Source: Octopus sinensis
Taxonomy: Eukaryota
Direction of reading: 5' to 3'
DNA: 29,960 nt
Assembly (NCBI RefSeq): GCF_006345805.1
Contig: NW_021832704.1
Span: 1-29,960, forward strand
The translations under genes and the position numbers were made by a program. Shown here piece after piece: positions 1 through 10,997 of the stretch. Within the stretch, counting starts at the first letter, position 1; every line of letters starts with the position of its first letter. The notes beneath the pieces are model-generated. The model was given only the letters and a program-made list of their open reading frames with translations. It did not search any database and was not told where the DNA came from.

Positions 1-103
1 TGATCTTGCATCTGGAGTAAAAACGTAGGTAAGTCCTAATTTTGTTGTAATGTCGGTATGTTATTAGTATATCATGAAGGGATATATCGTATGCATTTAT
101 GAG

Positions 104-138
<35 letters not shown>

Positions 139-229
139 ATATACACTTTTTTACTTTTTTATATACCCCTGAGACAACAGATGATGATTTAAAACTTCTT
201 AATATATTGGAGAGGAAGTAATTAACCAA

Positions 230-313
230 GGGGTGTAATTGTTCTAGGGGGTAGCTGTCGTCGGGGGAAATTGTCCTATGGAGGGTAATTCATCATAGGG
301 GCTAATTGTCCTG
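230..313. repeat. Degenerate tandem repeat, about 5 units of 16-18 bp, consensus near GGGGGTAATTGTCCTA
   Basis: Units read directly: gggtgtaattgttcta, gggggtagctgtcgtc, gggggaaattgtccta, ggagggtaattcatcata, ggggctaattgtcctga. Confidence 0.7.
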
Positions 314-318
314 ATACG

Positions 319-350
<32 letters not shown>

Positions 351-952
351 TATTATATGTGTGTGTGTGGGTGTGTGTTTTGTATGTATGTATATACACG
401 CCATATAAGTGTGTGTATGTGTGTGTGCGTGTATTGTAAAGTATTCAAGAGATCCTAGGCTCATCTACACATAGGGCGCCAGAATTGGCTAGGAACGATA
501 ACAAAAGAGTTCAGTGAGGTAAACAATATTGAAGCTATCACATGATGGTAGGATAGAGACTATAGATATGTAAGTACCAAATACGATTTAGATTATATAT
601 CTGACACTTTCTATTGGCTCCAAGTGTGGCGTAAGTATAAGAGGGCTTTAAACGCCATTTGTGTTCTCTTTACACGCGCGCACACACACACACACATAAC
701 ACATATACACGCATATACATACATACATCTCTACATACAAACATATATATATATATATATATATATATAAACGAACGTATACATGTTCTAGCGTCATTTC
801 TATAATCCTTCTGCATTGTAAAATGAACTGATTTCTAACCCAAAGACATCATATGTCTTTCATTAGAATGTAAATAATATCAACAAAGTATACGTGTCCC
901 TTTATCTGAGTCTATGCATCAATATATGTTCGTTATTATTTGGTTCAATGAA

Positions 953-1167
953 GGCAGCAAGCTGGCAGAATCGTTGGCACACCGGACGAAATGCTTAGCG
1001 CAATTTCGTCTGCCGCTACGTTCAGAGCTCAAACCCCACCAAGGTCAACTTCGCCTTTCACTTTTCGGGCTCGATAAATTAAGTACCAGTGAAACACTGC
1101 GGGTTGATTTAATCGACTAGTCCCCTCCCCGCAAATTTCGGGCCTTGTGCCTTTAGTAGAACGGATC
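953..1167 (+). mobile_element. tRNA-derived SINE, family A
   Basis: Starts ggcagcaagctggcagaatcgttggc (A-box-like) and contains gagctcaaacc (B-box-like). Collinear with copies at 19651-19862 and 10733-10812. Confidence 0.85.
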
Positions 1168-1468
1168 ATTTGGCTCAATTACCCGATTTCCTGTCCAGGG
1201 CGAAAGAGCCGGTTTTCTAAACTAGATCCGAGGCTCCTTTGCTAGAGTTTCAACAACATCAGCAGGACAGTTGTGCATTTATGTATGTGTAGAAGTTGCT
1301 GGAGTCAGGATATGAGTGAGTCTGCTTTGTTTTATGTATGAATATTCATAGATGCTGTTCCACTCAGAAATATATACATATGTACTTGTATTCATATATG
1401 TCAAACGTTCGCAAAGTTTTACAGTATATTTACTTACATACGTACGTATGTATGGACGCAAATATACT

Positions 1469-1568
1469 GTACGTACGTACGTACGTACGTATGTATGTAT
1501 GTATGTATGTATGTATGTATGTATGTATGTATGTATGTATGTATGTATGTATGTATGTATGTATGTAT
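1469..1568. repeat. (TACG)n running into (TATG)n tetranucleotide microsatellite
   Basis: Direct reading. Confidence 0.95.
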
Positions 1569-1894
1569 GAATTCATGCATGTATGCGCTGCGTGTGTATA
1601 TGCGCGTATGCATTTAGTGTATGCGGCAAAAAAAGATTCCATCCTAGATTCGCTATTTTTGATAAATATTTCATCGGTCAGCGCAGAATATACACCGGTC
1701 CAAGACGTGGCCATGAGTCGGAAAAAATGTGAAGTATCAGCTACATATAGACATCGTTAGCAGCTGCATAATTTTTTTTACAGCAGAGTATGTTAGAAAA
1801 AATTATGAGTGGTTTTCTCTCTCTGAATATGCACAAAATGGATGCTATTTTACTTGAGAATAATGTGTTCCCGTATTCATATGAATTCACAAAT

Positions 1895-2010
1895 GAAGTC
1901 GCATGGTGTAGTGGTTAGCGTCTAATGTCATGGTCATAAGATTGTAAATTCAATTTCTAGACGCATTATGTTCTTGAGCAATGGACTTAATTTCGTTTCC
2001 TCGAGTACAC
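1895..2010 (+). mobile_element. Decayed tRNA-headed SINE fragment
   Basis: gcatggtgtagtggttagcg (A-box-like), taaattcaatttc (eroded B-box), then ttatgttcttgagcaa. Similar layout to the SINE head at 26318. Confidence 0.5.
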
Positions 2011-2508
2011 ACACCTGAATTGAATTACAATCCAGCACTAATGCATCCGTGTCTTCTTCCAGCTGTTACACGATATTCCAATGGAACAAGCGTGCAGCGT
2101 CTGAGAAGGTGTTCGATGTCGCCTGGAGACTATATAAACATTTGAAACATTTGACGAAATCATGCTACATGGCACCATGTGATTCTCGCTTGCGCGTGAT
2201 GGCTACTGTTTCTTATGTGAACACACACATTTTGTATATCTACATAAATCTATATACACATATTACACACTAACCTTTAGGAACATTTTACATATTTTCA
2301 CAATTCCTTTAATGGTTTCTAGCATTAATTTCCGAACTAGAGGTTCCCGTTCTGATTTTTGCTCCCGAGATCAGTACTGAAACACCTAGTTACATAGACA
2401 AATGACTTAATATTTACAAAAATAAATTTAGATAAATTCACCTGAGTTTTCATTGCATTGACACAGAGGTTTTCGATTACATTTTAGCATAACCATATTA
2501 GATGGCGT

Positions 2509-2808
2509 GGAGGCACATGGCCTAGTATTTAGAGCAGCGGACTTGCAGTCGAAGGATGGCGGATTCGAATCTCAGACCGGACGATGTATGTGTTTATGAG
2601 CGAAACACCTAAGCTCTACGCGGCTCCGGCAGAAGGTAATGGCGAACTTCTGCTGACTCTTTCGCTACAACTTTTTCTCACTCTTTCCTCTTGCATCTTG
2701 CAGCTCACCTGCAACGGACCGGCATCCCGTCCAGGTGGGGAGCCTATACGCCATGGAAACCTGGAAACCGGCCTTCTGAGCCAGGCATGGTTTCAGAAGG
2801 AACAAACA
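2509..2808 (+). mobile_element. tRNA-derived SINE, family B, full length, with diverged 14-bp target-site duplication
   Basis: A-box tggcctagtatt, B-box ggattcgaatc, tail aacaaaca. Homologous to 16791-17096 and 18288-18598. Flanks atattagatggcgt (2495-2508) and atatttgatggcat (2809-2822) match at 12/14. Confidence 0.92.
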
Positions 2809-3473
2809 ATATTTGATGGCATATAAGAGGCACTTCCTCTCACCACCGATAAACACATCCCAAAACTCCGCTCCGTAAGTTCAACACACTAAAATCTTTT
2901 TTCCAGAATGTGTGTTGTTTAAATTGAGGTACACCTAATACGTCCATGCATATTTTAACTCTTAATAGTTCGTGTATACATCTGCGATATAAAATGGTAA
3001 AATAAGATATCCAATATCAAAATCTGAACAAAATATATCTCCAGTATCCAAAGCATTCTGCTGAGAATTCAATGCAGATGAGCAGGACATGTTGTTCGAA
3101 AGGAAGATGACTGCATTTCAAAAATTCTTTGGTATGGTCAACAAATGGAGGGATACCGAGGTAAAGGAAGACCGTTGTTCTCGTTCTTCACGGATTCTCT
3201 GACGAACGGCGCTCTAGGGATGCCTTCTTCATAGCAGTGGGTGTTAAAACACCTGAAAGTCATAGACAGGTGAGATAAGTAGCCTCCAGTCCCATCCCGG
3301 AATGATGGAGTGATAGATATCTATCTGTCAGAGGTTTTGTAACTCAATGCAATGAGGGAGTTATCTCCTGAGAGCTGCTTCCGCAAATTGGCAAACAAGC
3401 TAAACACATGCATTGGATACGTGCGGTCGACAATGTTTGCAACACTAAACCTGCTTTTAATTCATAATTGAAT

Positions 3474-3519
<46 letters not shown>

Positions 3520-3861
3520 TCGAGTAGAGGTTATGTTAACCTCATGAATGGATGGCTTCATTCAAGGACATACTGGTTCAATACCTACTATTTTTGAGGA
3601 ATTAATTTCCTTAAAATAATTGGTATATATAAAAACATATAGTTTATATCATTTCAGTCTGCTATAATGAATCCATAAACACATATAAAACACCTAAAGG
3701 TATATTTTTGCCCTCTGAAGATATTATATTCAAATTATATAAATTTAATATTTTCTTAATATTTGCTTAGTATTAATTGAAACACCTGTAAGGGATGATG
3801 ATTTGTTAATTATAAACAATTATCAACATCCGATTTTTCATTACCTTTTTCTTGTCTTATA

Positions 3862-3933
<72 letters not shown>

Positions 3934-4110
3934 TATATATATATAAGATATGAGGTTGGTGTAATCGCTATCAGTCTTTCATTTTAGCCATTAAATTTCA
4001 CTATAGCATGGCTCTAAAGCGTGAATATTTAGTTGAGCCCCTTGCTCAGATACTGTGCACTAAAAAATATTCTGTTGTATTGATGAGCTATGTTTGCGCA
4101 CCTTACATAG

Positions 4111-4360
4111 ACACATAGACTTTATACATACATACATAACTACATACCTACATATATATATACATATACACACAGATACACACATAGACTTCATACATAC
4201 ATACGGAACTACATACCTATATATATATATATAAATATATATATATACATATACACACAGATACACACATAGACTTCATACATACATACGTAACTACATA
4301 CCTATATATATATATATATATAAATATATATATATACATATACACACAGATACACACATA
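4111..4360. repeat. Minisatellite, about 3.5 units of 69-89 bp, each with a variable (TA)n tract
   Basis: Unit acacatagact(t/c)..catacatacatac..aactacatacct-(TA)n-catatacacacagatac starts at 4111, 4180, 4265 and partially at 4354. Confidence 0.9.
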
Positions 4361-4989
4361 CACACACAGACACACGCACACACATACTCACTCACACATA
4401 CACACACACACACACAAATATATGTGATGGTGTGAGTTAATTATATCGAAAAACGTAAGGATGAAGTTAAAAATAGATAAAAAATATACAAAATATATAT
4501 ATGAACGAACCAAAAACAAAAAAGATTCAGGAAGATAAACACGACGAGTAGACAAAACAGACGAAAAATATGTTTAAAAAATTAATAAATGAAAAGAAGA
4601 AGTAATGCCGGAAGCCGAGAAACAATGAACGAATGTTTTAAAATTATGTGTATCACTGGATATATTCTTAGTTCCAACCATTGATTTCTGAATAAATTTT
4701 GAACCCAAACACAAAAGCAACAAATCAACTTGATACTGTCCCTCTTCTGACAAATATAAGAAAAGAAAAGTAGGTAAAGGAGAAAAGTATATAAAAGAAG
4801 AAAAAACAAACAAACAAGAAAGACAAAAGGTTTCAAAGTCTAAGAGAAGAAAAAAAGGAAAGAAATATTTAAGTCAATGAAAACTCACAAAAAGAAAAAA
4901 AAAGTGTTTTTTTACGAAATAAATTTACATCAAGAACAAAACGACGAAGATTGTCAAACGTCAACAATAGCAACAATAAAATTTAATAG

Positions 4990-5045
4990 GATGATAATAA
5001 CAATAATAACAACAATAATAATAATACTAATACTACTACTACTAC

Positions 5046-5076
<31 letters not shown>

Positions 5077-5097
5077 AATAATGATAATAATAATAAC

Positions 5098-5161
<64 letters not shown>

Positions 5162-5200
5162 TTAACAGTAATAATAATAATAATAATAATAACAATAAAA

Positions 5201-5259
<59 letters not shown>

Positions 5260-5278
5260 TTAAATATAATGATAATAA
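4990..5278. repeat. (TAA)n microsatellite
   Basis: Direct reading. It explains the poly-Ile and poly-Leu ORFs. Confidence 0.97.
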
Positions 5279-5381
5279 GAATGTTTTCTTGCAGTTCGTC
5301 ACTTCCTTCAAAATGTCTTCCTACATCTACATCCATTTCTTCCTTATCATTTCTCTTTAAGTCTTTTCTTCTTGCACGTCA

Positions 5382-5382
<1 letters not shown>

Positions 5383-5454
<72 letters not shown>

Positions 5455-5546
5455 GCACACACACATGTAATCATAAAACTAAAGTGCACAAAATTATACA
5501 GACACACAGTCATACATATATTGTATATAATATATATATATATATA

Positions 5547-5582
<36 letters not shown>

Positions 5583-5606
5583 CACATATTGCATATACAC
5601 ACAAAA

Positions 5607-5658
<52 letters not shown>
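5383..5658. repeat. (CA)n and (TA)n/(TACA)n microsatellites immediately upstream of the exon
   Basis: Direct reading. Confidence 0.95.
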
Positions 5659-5660
<2 letters not shown>

Positions 5661-5684
5661 GTCTGTCTATTTTATCATTTGCAG

Positions 5685-6215
5685 TATATTCAGAAGTGTC
5701 CATGGCGTCAATTATGGATTCACAGAAGAATTGCATGCAGCAGACTGCTTCTGCAGCAGTGTCTACTGTTCCTACCATTCCTGTTACTACTGCTACTACT
5801 GCTGCTACTGCCCCCGATGCTGATAATGATGCTGATGATGCCGATGATGGTGATGAGGCCTTCGTTGTTGTTGTTCCTGCTGCTGCACCCTATCAAAACA
5901 AGTTCTCCATTATCCCCACCAATCCCGCGACCACCACCGCCAACAACAATGACAACATGAACAACAGCAACATAAACACTATGTGCACCAACAACTGGAC
6001 CAGGCATGAGGACAAAGATGGCGCTAGTTCATCAGTGGCTGGTGATATTTTGTTGTACAATGGTTCCCGCCAAAGGGCAAAGAGAAGAAACGCCGCCCTA
6101 ACTAACACCTCTGAAGAGACGCTAATTGGACAGAGCGAGAACGAGGCGGTGGCGAGGACGGGCGGAGCCGGACGCCATAACAAGCACACGGTGATAAGAA
6201 AGGCTAGATTACAAG
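5685..6215 (+). CDS. Probable internal coding exon (531 nt, phase 1-1) of an unidentified, largely low-complexity protein: YSEVSMASIMDSQKNC...RAKRRNAALTNTSEETLIG...HTVIRKARLQ(G)
   Basis: Acceptor ctattttatcatttgcAG at 5683-5684 and consensus donor CAAG|GTAAGA at 6215/6216. Length is divisible by 3 and the frame is open throughout (same frame as ORF 5696-6304). GC is higher than the flanks and the 3' half is non-repetitive. No domain recognised. Confidence 0.68.
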
Positions 6216-6532
6216 GTAAGAACAATGAGACCAACTACAAGAACAACAACATCTACAAATACAACAGCAACAACAAGAGCAATGCACACAATAACACCAA
6301 GTAATGCTAGAACCAGAACCACAACCACCACAACCACCACAATCGTTACACCACTCAACACAACCATCTCCGACCTCCCTACACCACCGAAACCACCACG
6401 ATCACAACTACTACGACGACGACGACGACCACCACCACCACCACCATCACCACTACTACAAATAGTACTACTACTACGACTGCTGCCGCTGCGCTGCTTC
6501 TATTGTAGTTGCTGTTATTGATGTTGTTCTAG

Positions 6533-6594
6533 GTGATGATGATTATGATGACGATGATGATGATGATGATGGTGATTATGATGATGACGATGAC

Positions 6595-6637
<43 letters not shown>

Positions 6638-6851
6638 ATGATGATGGTGATGGTTATGATGATGATGATGAGGATGATGATGATGATGATGATGATGACG
6701 ATGACGATGATGATGATGATGATGATTATGATGACGATGACAATGATGATGATGATTATGATGACGATGACGATGATGATGATGATGATGATGATGACGA
6801 TGATGATGATGACGATGACGATGATGATGATGATTATGATGACGATGACGA

Positions 6852-6925
<74 letters not shown>

Positions 6926-7058
6926 TCGCTGATCATACATCTAGTAAGGCCGCCATATTTACTCCTTTACTACTAACAAACCTGCCGTCACAACAGCAAA
7001 ACCATCACCATCACCATCACCACCAGTACCACCGCCATTACTACGTCCTTCACCAAGG

Positions 7059-7123
<65 letters not shown>

Positions 7124-7257
7124 GTTCTTCTCCCGTCCCTGTTAATGATGACGCTTTAGTAAGAAGAAGAATAGTGTCATCAAGAAGAAACGTAAAACAA
7201 AAACTCAAATTAAGCAACAACAACAACAACGAGAAACCTTTGGCGACGGCAAAACGT
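6533..7257 (+). other. Candidate second exon (poly-Asp, then His/Tyr runs, then a basic segment), phase-compatible with the 5685-6215 exon
   Basis: gttgttctAG at 6531-6532. The frame is open from 6466 to a stop at 7267-7269, with a possible donor CGT|GTAAGG at 7257/7258. Could be chance in simple sequence. Confidence 0.2.
6535..6924. repeat. Imperfect (GAT)n array with GAC/TAT/GGT variants, about 130 units
   Basis: Direct reading. It is the source of the poly-Met, poly-His and poly-Ile ORFs. Confidence 0.95.
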
Positions 7258-7324
7258 GTAAGGAGATAAAAAGGGGGATGATGACGAGGGTATAGAGAGA
7301 AGAAATCACAAAAAAGTAATCTTA

Positions 7325-7647
7325 CTATCATCATCATCATCACCATCATCCTCATCATCATAATCATCACCATCATCATCATCATCATTTCCATCATCAC
7401 TACTTCCACCACCACCACCACCCACCACCACCCACCAGCATCACTACCAGCAACAGCACCGGCACCACCACCACCACCAGCCCCACCACTACCAACACCA
7501 CCACCATCATCATCATCATCATCATTTCCATCATTGTCACCACCACCACCACCACCACCACCACCATTCACCATCACTACCAGCACTAGCACTAGCAGTA
7601 GCAGCAGCAGCACCATCATCACCACCATCATCATCGTCATCACCATT

Positions 7648-7693
<46 letters not shown>

Positions 7694-7745
7694 CATCACC
7701 ACCCCACCGACATCATCACTCTTATCCCCACCATCTCTATTATCA
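7325..7745. repeat. Mosaic (CAT)/(CAC)/(CAG) trinucleotide simple sequence
   Basis: Direct reading. Confidence 0.9.
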
Positions 7746-8090
7746 TTAATAAACCATGCAACAGCAACAACAAGAACATTAATAGCGATAATTAGCAACG
7801 GCAGGAGCAATTAAAGCAACTTAAATAGCGCAACAACAACAACAAGGCAAAAGAGAACATGGATGACAGTATCGTTAGTATTGTAATAGTCGTCTCCAAC
7901 ATCATCAGCTCAACCACCAGCATGACGACGACGACGACGATGACTACACCCCACCCCTCATCATCATCATCATCATCATCATCATTTTAAATAAACAATA
8001 TTAAGTTCAAACGACAATAAAAGAGGGCTGACGAGGAACTATAGACAAGAACGTGAAACTGATAGACAGATAGAAAAATAGTTTATGTAC

Positions 8091-8168
<78 letters not shown>

Positions 8169-8300
8169 TGTATCTGTCTCGGAAGATTCATGACGTGAAA
8201 CCGTGTGTTGAAACAGATTTTGTTTGGTTTCGACATGGTAATTTTTTTTCTGTTTTGTCAAATAAACACGCGCACCATATATTCGTTCATCACTTCAAAA

Positions 8301-8315
8301 TTATTATTATTATTA

Positions 8316-8394
<79 letters not shown>

Positions 8395-8400
8395 CATTAT
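8301..8400. repeat. (ATT)n microsatellite
   Basis: Direct reading. Confidence 0.97.
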
Positions 8401-8601
8401 ATTTCGTTACACATCCTGTGATCTCTTCAGCGGCTGACAAGTGGGATGGAAAATCGCTATAGGACCTGTGAGGAAAGATTTCAAGACAAAGGATATTAAA
8501 TAAGAACGATAAATGTCAAGTGAACAACGAATATATAGTGTGTGTGTTTATTTGCCCCAAAAAATGACCGTCCCGAAATATAACTATACATATATATATA
8601 T

Positions 8602-9281
8602 ATGAAGTGTAACCCATGGTAGATTGACTTAATTTAATTTAATTAAGCTAGTTTACCATTAAAAACACCGAAACGATGCATCGTATAAAGATGAATTAGG
8701 GTAAACGTTATTAAATTTTCACCTAATTTCTGAATTACTAATACTTGGCGGTTTGAGTCCTGGCTGCTCTTTCTAGTGGACGATTGGCCTATTAAGGCCA
8801 TTCCTTAATTTGTTAAATTTATACATTTAGTCTTCGACTATTTTCTCTTTCCCACTAGACGCTGGTAGCGATAAATTTCTATTGAATTTTTTGCTACCCT
8901 AAATTGATTAATTGATGATTTTCTGACTAATTCTGAGATTGAATCGGCAGTTTATATTTACTGCGGATAAGTTGGCGCGAATACGATGGTCTTGAAAATT
9001 TTAAGACAGATATTCCTGAGGCATTGATACAGACGCCTCGTGTATATCCATCTCCCCCGGTTTCTTTACTGATGAAGTGTAACCCATGGTAGATTGACTT
9101 AATTTAATTTAATTAAGCTAGTTTACCATTAAAAACACCGAACGATGCATCGTATAAAAGGAATTAGGGTAAACGTTTTTAAATTTTCACCTAATTTCTG
9201 AATTAATATCTTGGCGGTTCGAGTCCTGGCTGCTCTTTCTAGTGGACGATTGGCCTATTAAGGCCATCCTTAATTTGTTAA
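8602..9281 (+). mobile_element. Partial head-to-tail tandem (470-bp period, about 1.45 units) of a non-coding, hammerhead-bearing element; retrozyme or Penelope pseudo-LTR-like
   Basis: 8602-8816 and 9072-9281 are about 210-bp direct repeats with few differences. Both outer ends abut (TA)n. No ORF. Hammerhead core elements lie at the start of each repeat. Confidence 0.75.
9063..9160 (+). ncRNA. Type I hammerhead ribozyme motif, copy 2 (one A of GAAA deleted); sister copy 8602-8691 lacks the 5' CUG and stem I arm
   Basis: TCTTTA-CTGATGA-AGTGT..hairpin..ACACC-GA[A]A-CGATGCATCGT-A-TAAA. Copy 1 supplies an intact GAAA (8670-8673), palindromic stem III ACGATGCATCGT, the GUA triplet (8683-8685) and stem I 3' arm TAAAGA, which is the exact complement of TCTTTA. 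Confidence 0.75.
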
Positions 9282-9555
9282 TATATATATATAATATATA
9301 TATAATATATATATAGATATATATATATATATAATAATATATACATATATATATATATATAATATAGATATAAGTTTTTTCCATTTATATATATATATAT
9401 AATAGATGGGCTTATTTACAATATCTTTATATATATTTACTATATCTAATTTATAAAAATACTCATATAGTCTAGTATATAGAATATATATATATATATA
9501 TAATCTATATATATATATAAAGATTTAAAAAACTTACGTAAATAGAGCCCATCAT

Positions 9556-9601
<46 letters not shown>

Positions 9602-9621
9602 ATACTTGTAAATAGAGCCCA

Positions 9622-9670
<49 letters not shown>

Positions 9671-9904
9671 CACATATATATATATATATATATGTATATA
9701 TTGGCAGGGCTGGCCTGCTAGGTAGCCGGCCAGAATGCTAGAAATAGATCATAAACGATCAAACTACAAGGGAAATTCTCTAGATGGAAAAAGTGTGAGA
9801 AAAAAAGAACATAAAAATGTGCTTTCGTACTAAAATTAAGAGCGGTTAAGAGCTTCAATTAAAAGTTCCATACAATTCAATGTTGTTCTTTTTCGTATAT
9901 AAAT

Positions 9905-10225
9905 GGTATATAATATTACGGAGATGTACTTGCGTGATCTGATCTGAGATCGTATGCTGAAACAAAAACAATTGCAGCGTGGAAGGTTTTGATAAACCAT
10001 TTAAAAACACACGACATCGTTAGATTTACTTCAGCATTTAAACTTAATTTGTCAAAAAATTTTCGTCGTTTAATTTCGTCACTGACAAAATTCCATGCTG
10101 CATATAATACAATTCGAGAAATTCCACTTTCTACGGCCGTTTCCAGAGTTCATGTCCTGGTAGAAAAATTAATAGAAATCTTTAGAAATCATGCGGACGA
10201 TGTCCCCTTCATCAGGAAAGTTATC
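9905..10225 (-). mobile_element. Interspersed repeat, family F, carrying a hammerhead motif at one end; Penelope-like or retrozyme-like
   Basis: 9917-9980 is homologous to 18873-18940 and 10050-10090 resembles 19870-19910, so it is dispersed. Left boundary approximate. Confidence 0.6.
10126..10221 (-). ncRNA. Type I hammerhead ribozyme motif, core intact
   Basis: Minus strand: ACTTTC-CTGATGA-AGGGG a CATcGTCC..37 nt..GGACATG aa CTCTG-GAAA-CGGCCGT-A-GAAAGT. Perfect 6-bp stem I, palindromic stem III ACGGCCGT, GUA triplet at 10134-10132. The 10.1/11.1 pair is non-canonical. Confidence 0.8.
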
Positions 10226-10732
10226 CTCATAAAATCACATTCTTGACAATTTTTGGTTATTACAAGGAGATGGATATAGGTTTATATAAAATTTCATTCT
10301 AACGTATGCAAATGAGACAGAGAAGTACATGGAATGATAGTAGAAGTACATTAAATTATTGAGACTTAAATCTAATTAAACATAGCCCAGTGGAACATTT
10401 ATAATATTAAGAGCTAAAAGTAATAAATATTTTGTATTGCGAAGTAGTATTTTAGTTAATAATTTTTGTTTAAGGAGCAAGAAATTTGATAAAAGTTAAA
10501 TCATCATTATTGTATGAATGTCATATTTCCTGATATTACCCAAGCTGGCAAAATTATATTTCCAAAGTTCCCAGACTTATGACGGGTAATATTCTAGTAT
10601 ATATATTAATGCGACTTTGGGTTCGGCTATTCTGTTGTATTATGATTTAGAGAAACATGGGTGGTGAACTATTAATTTATCAGAAGGACGGAGAAAATAC
10701 CCTGCAGATTGCTTTCAACTCGTTACCTTCTT

Positions 10733-10812
10733 CTTTCAAATTATGCTAAAGTCAATTTTGGCTTCCATCTTTCAGAGATCGATAAAATAAGGTACTAGTC
10801 ATGTAATGAGAT
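10733..10812 (+). mobile_element. Decayed SINE family A fragment
   Basis: ttcaaattatgctaaagtcaattttggcttccatctttcagagatcgataaaataaggtactagtc aligns with 19705-19770. Confidence 0.6.
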
Positions 10813-10952
10813 CCCTAGCATTGTCTGTACTCTTCCCATCAAAACTGCTGGCGTTGTGCTTAACAAAGAAATCTTTCTGACTGTGGCAACGAAGTGTAGC
10901 GACTCTAAGTGTTTTTCAGAGTATCTAAGGCTGAAACCTGAATGTTTACTGT

Positions 10953-10997
<45 letters not shown>

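Noticed and set aside
230-313. Regularly spaced short repeats here and at 15381-15574 as CRISPR-like arrays
   Set aside because: Eukaryotic context, degenerate or only two units, no unique equal-length spacers, no cas genes.
2509-2580. tRNA-like sequences here and at 953, 15867, 17096, 18598, 19651 and 26318
   Set aside because: They lack a complete acceptor stem and continue into shared repeat bodies, several with TSDs, so they are SINE heads and not tRNA genes.
3045-3289. Segment bounded by AG and AG|GTGAGA with a faint mariner-like peptide (KWRDTEVKEDR)
   Set aside because: Stops occur in all three frames and the similarity is too weak to support either an exon or a TE call.
4574-4790. 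Strong minus-strand acceptor (cttttcttttcttatatttgtcAG near 4759) followed by two open frames
   Set aside because: No convincing donor and no recognisable peptide; pyrimidine tracts are common in this composition.
6515-6940. Minus-strand poly-His ORF, suggestive of His-rich cephalopod beak proteins
   Set aside because: It is simply the reverse complement of the GAT array, with no signal peptide, Gly/His peptide repeats or splice context.
8173-8220. Hairpin atctgtctc..gaaacagat enclosing ggaaga..gaaac
   Set aside because: The core lacks CU and stem II does not pair, so it is too weak to call a ribozyme.
9989-10246. 85-aa + strand ORF with ordinary-looking composition
   Set aside because: It lies within repeat family F, antisense to the hammerhead, and has no splice signals or domain.
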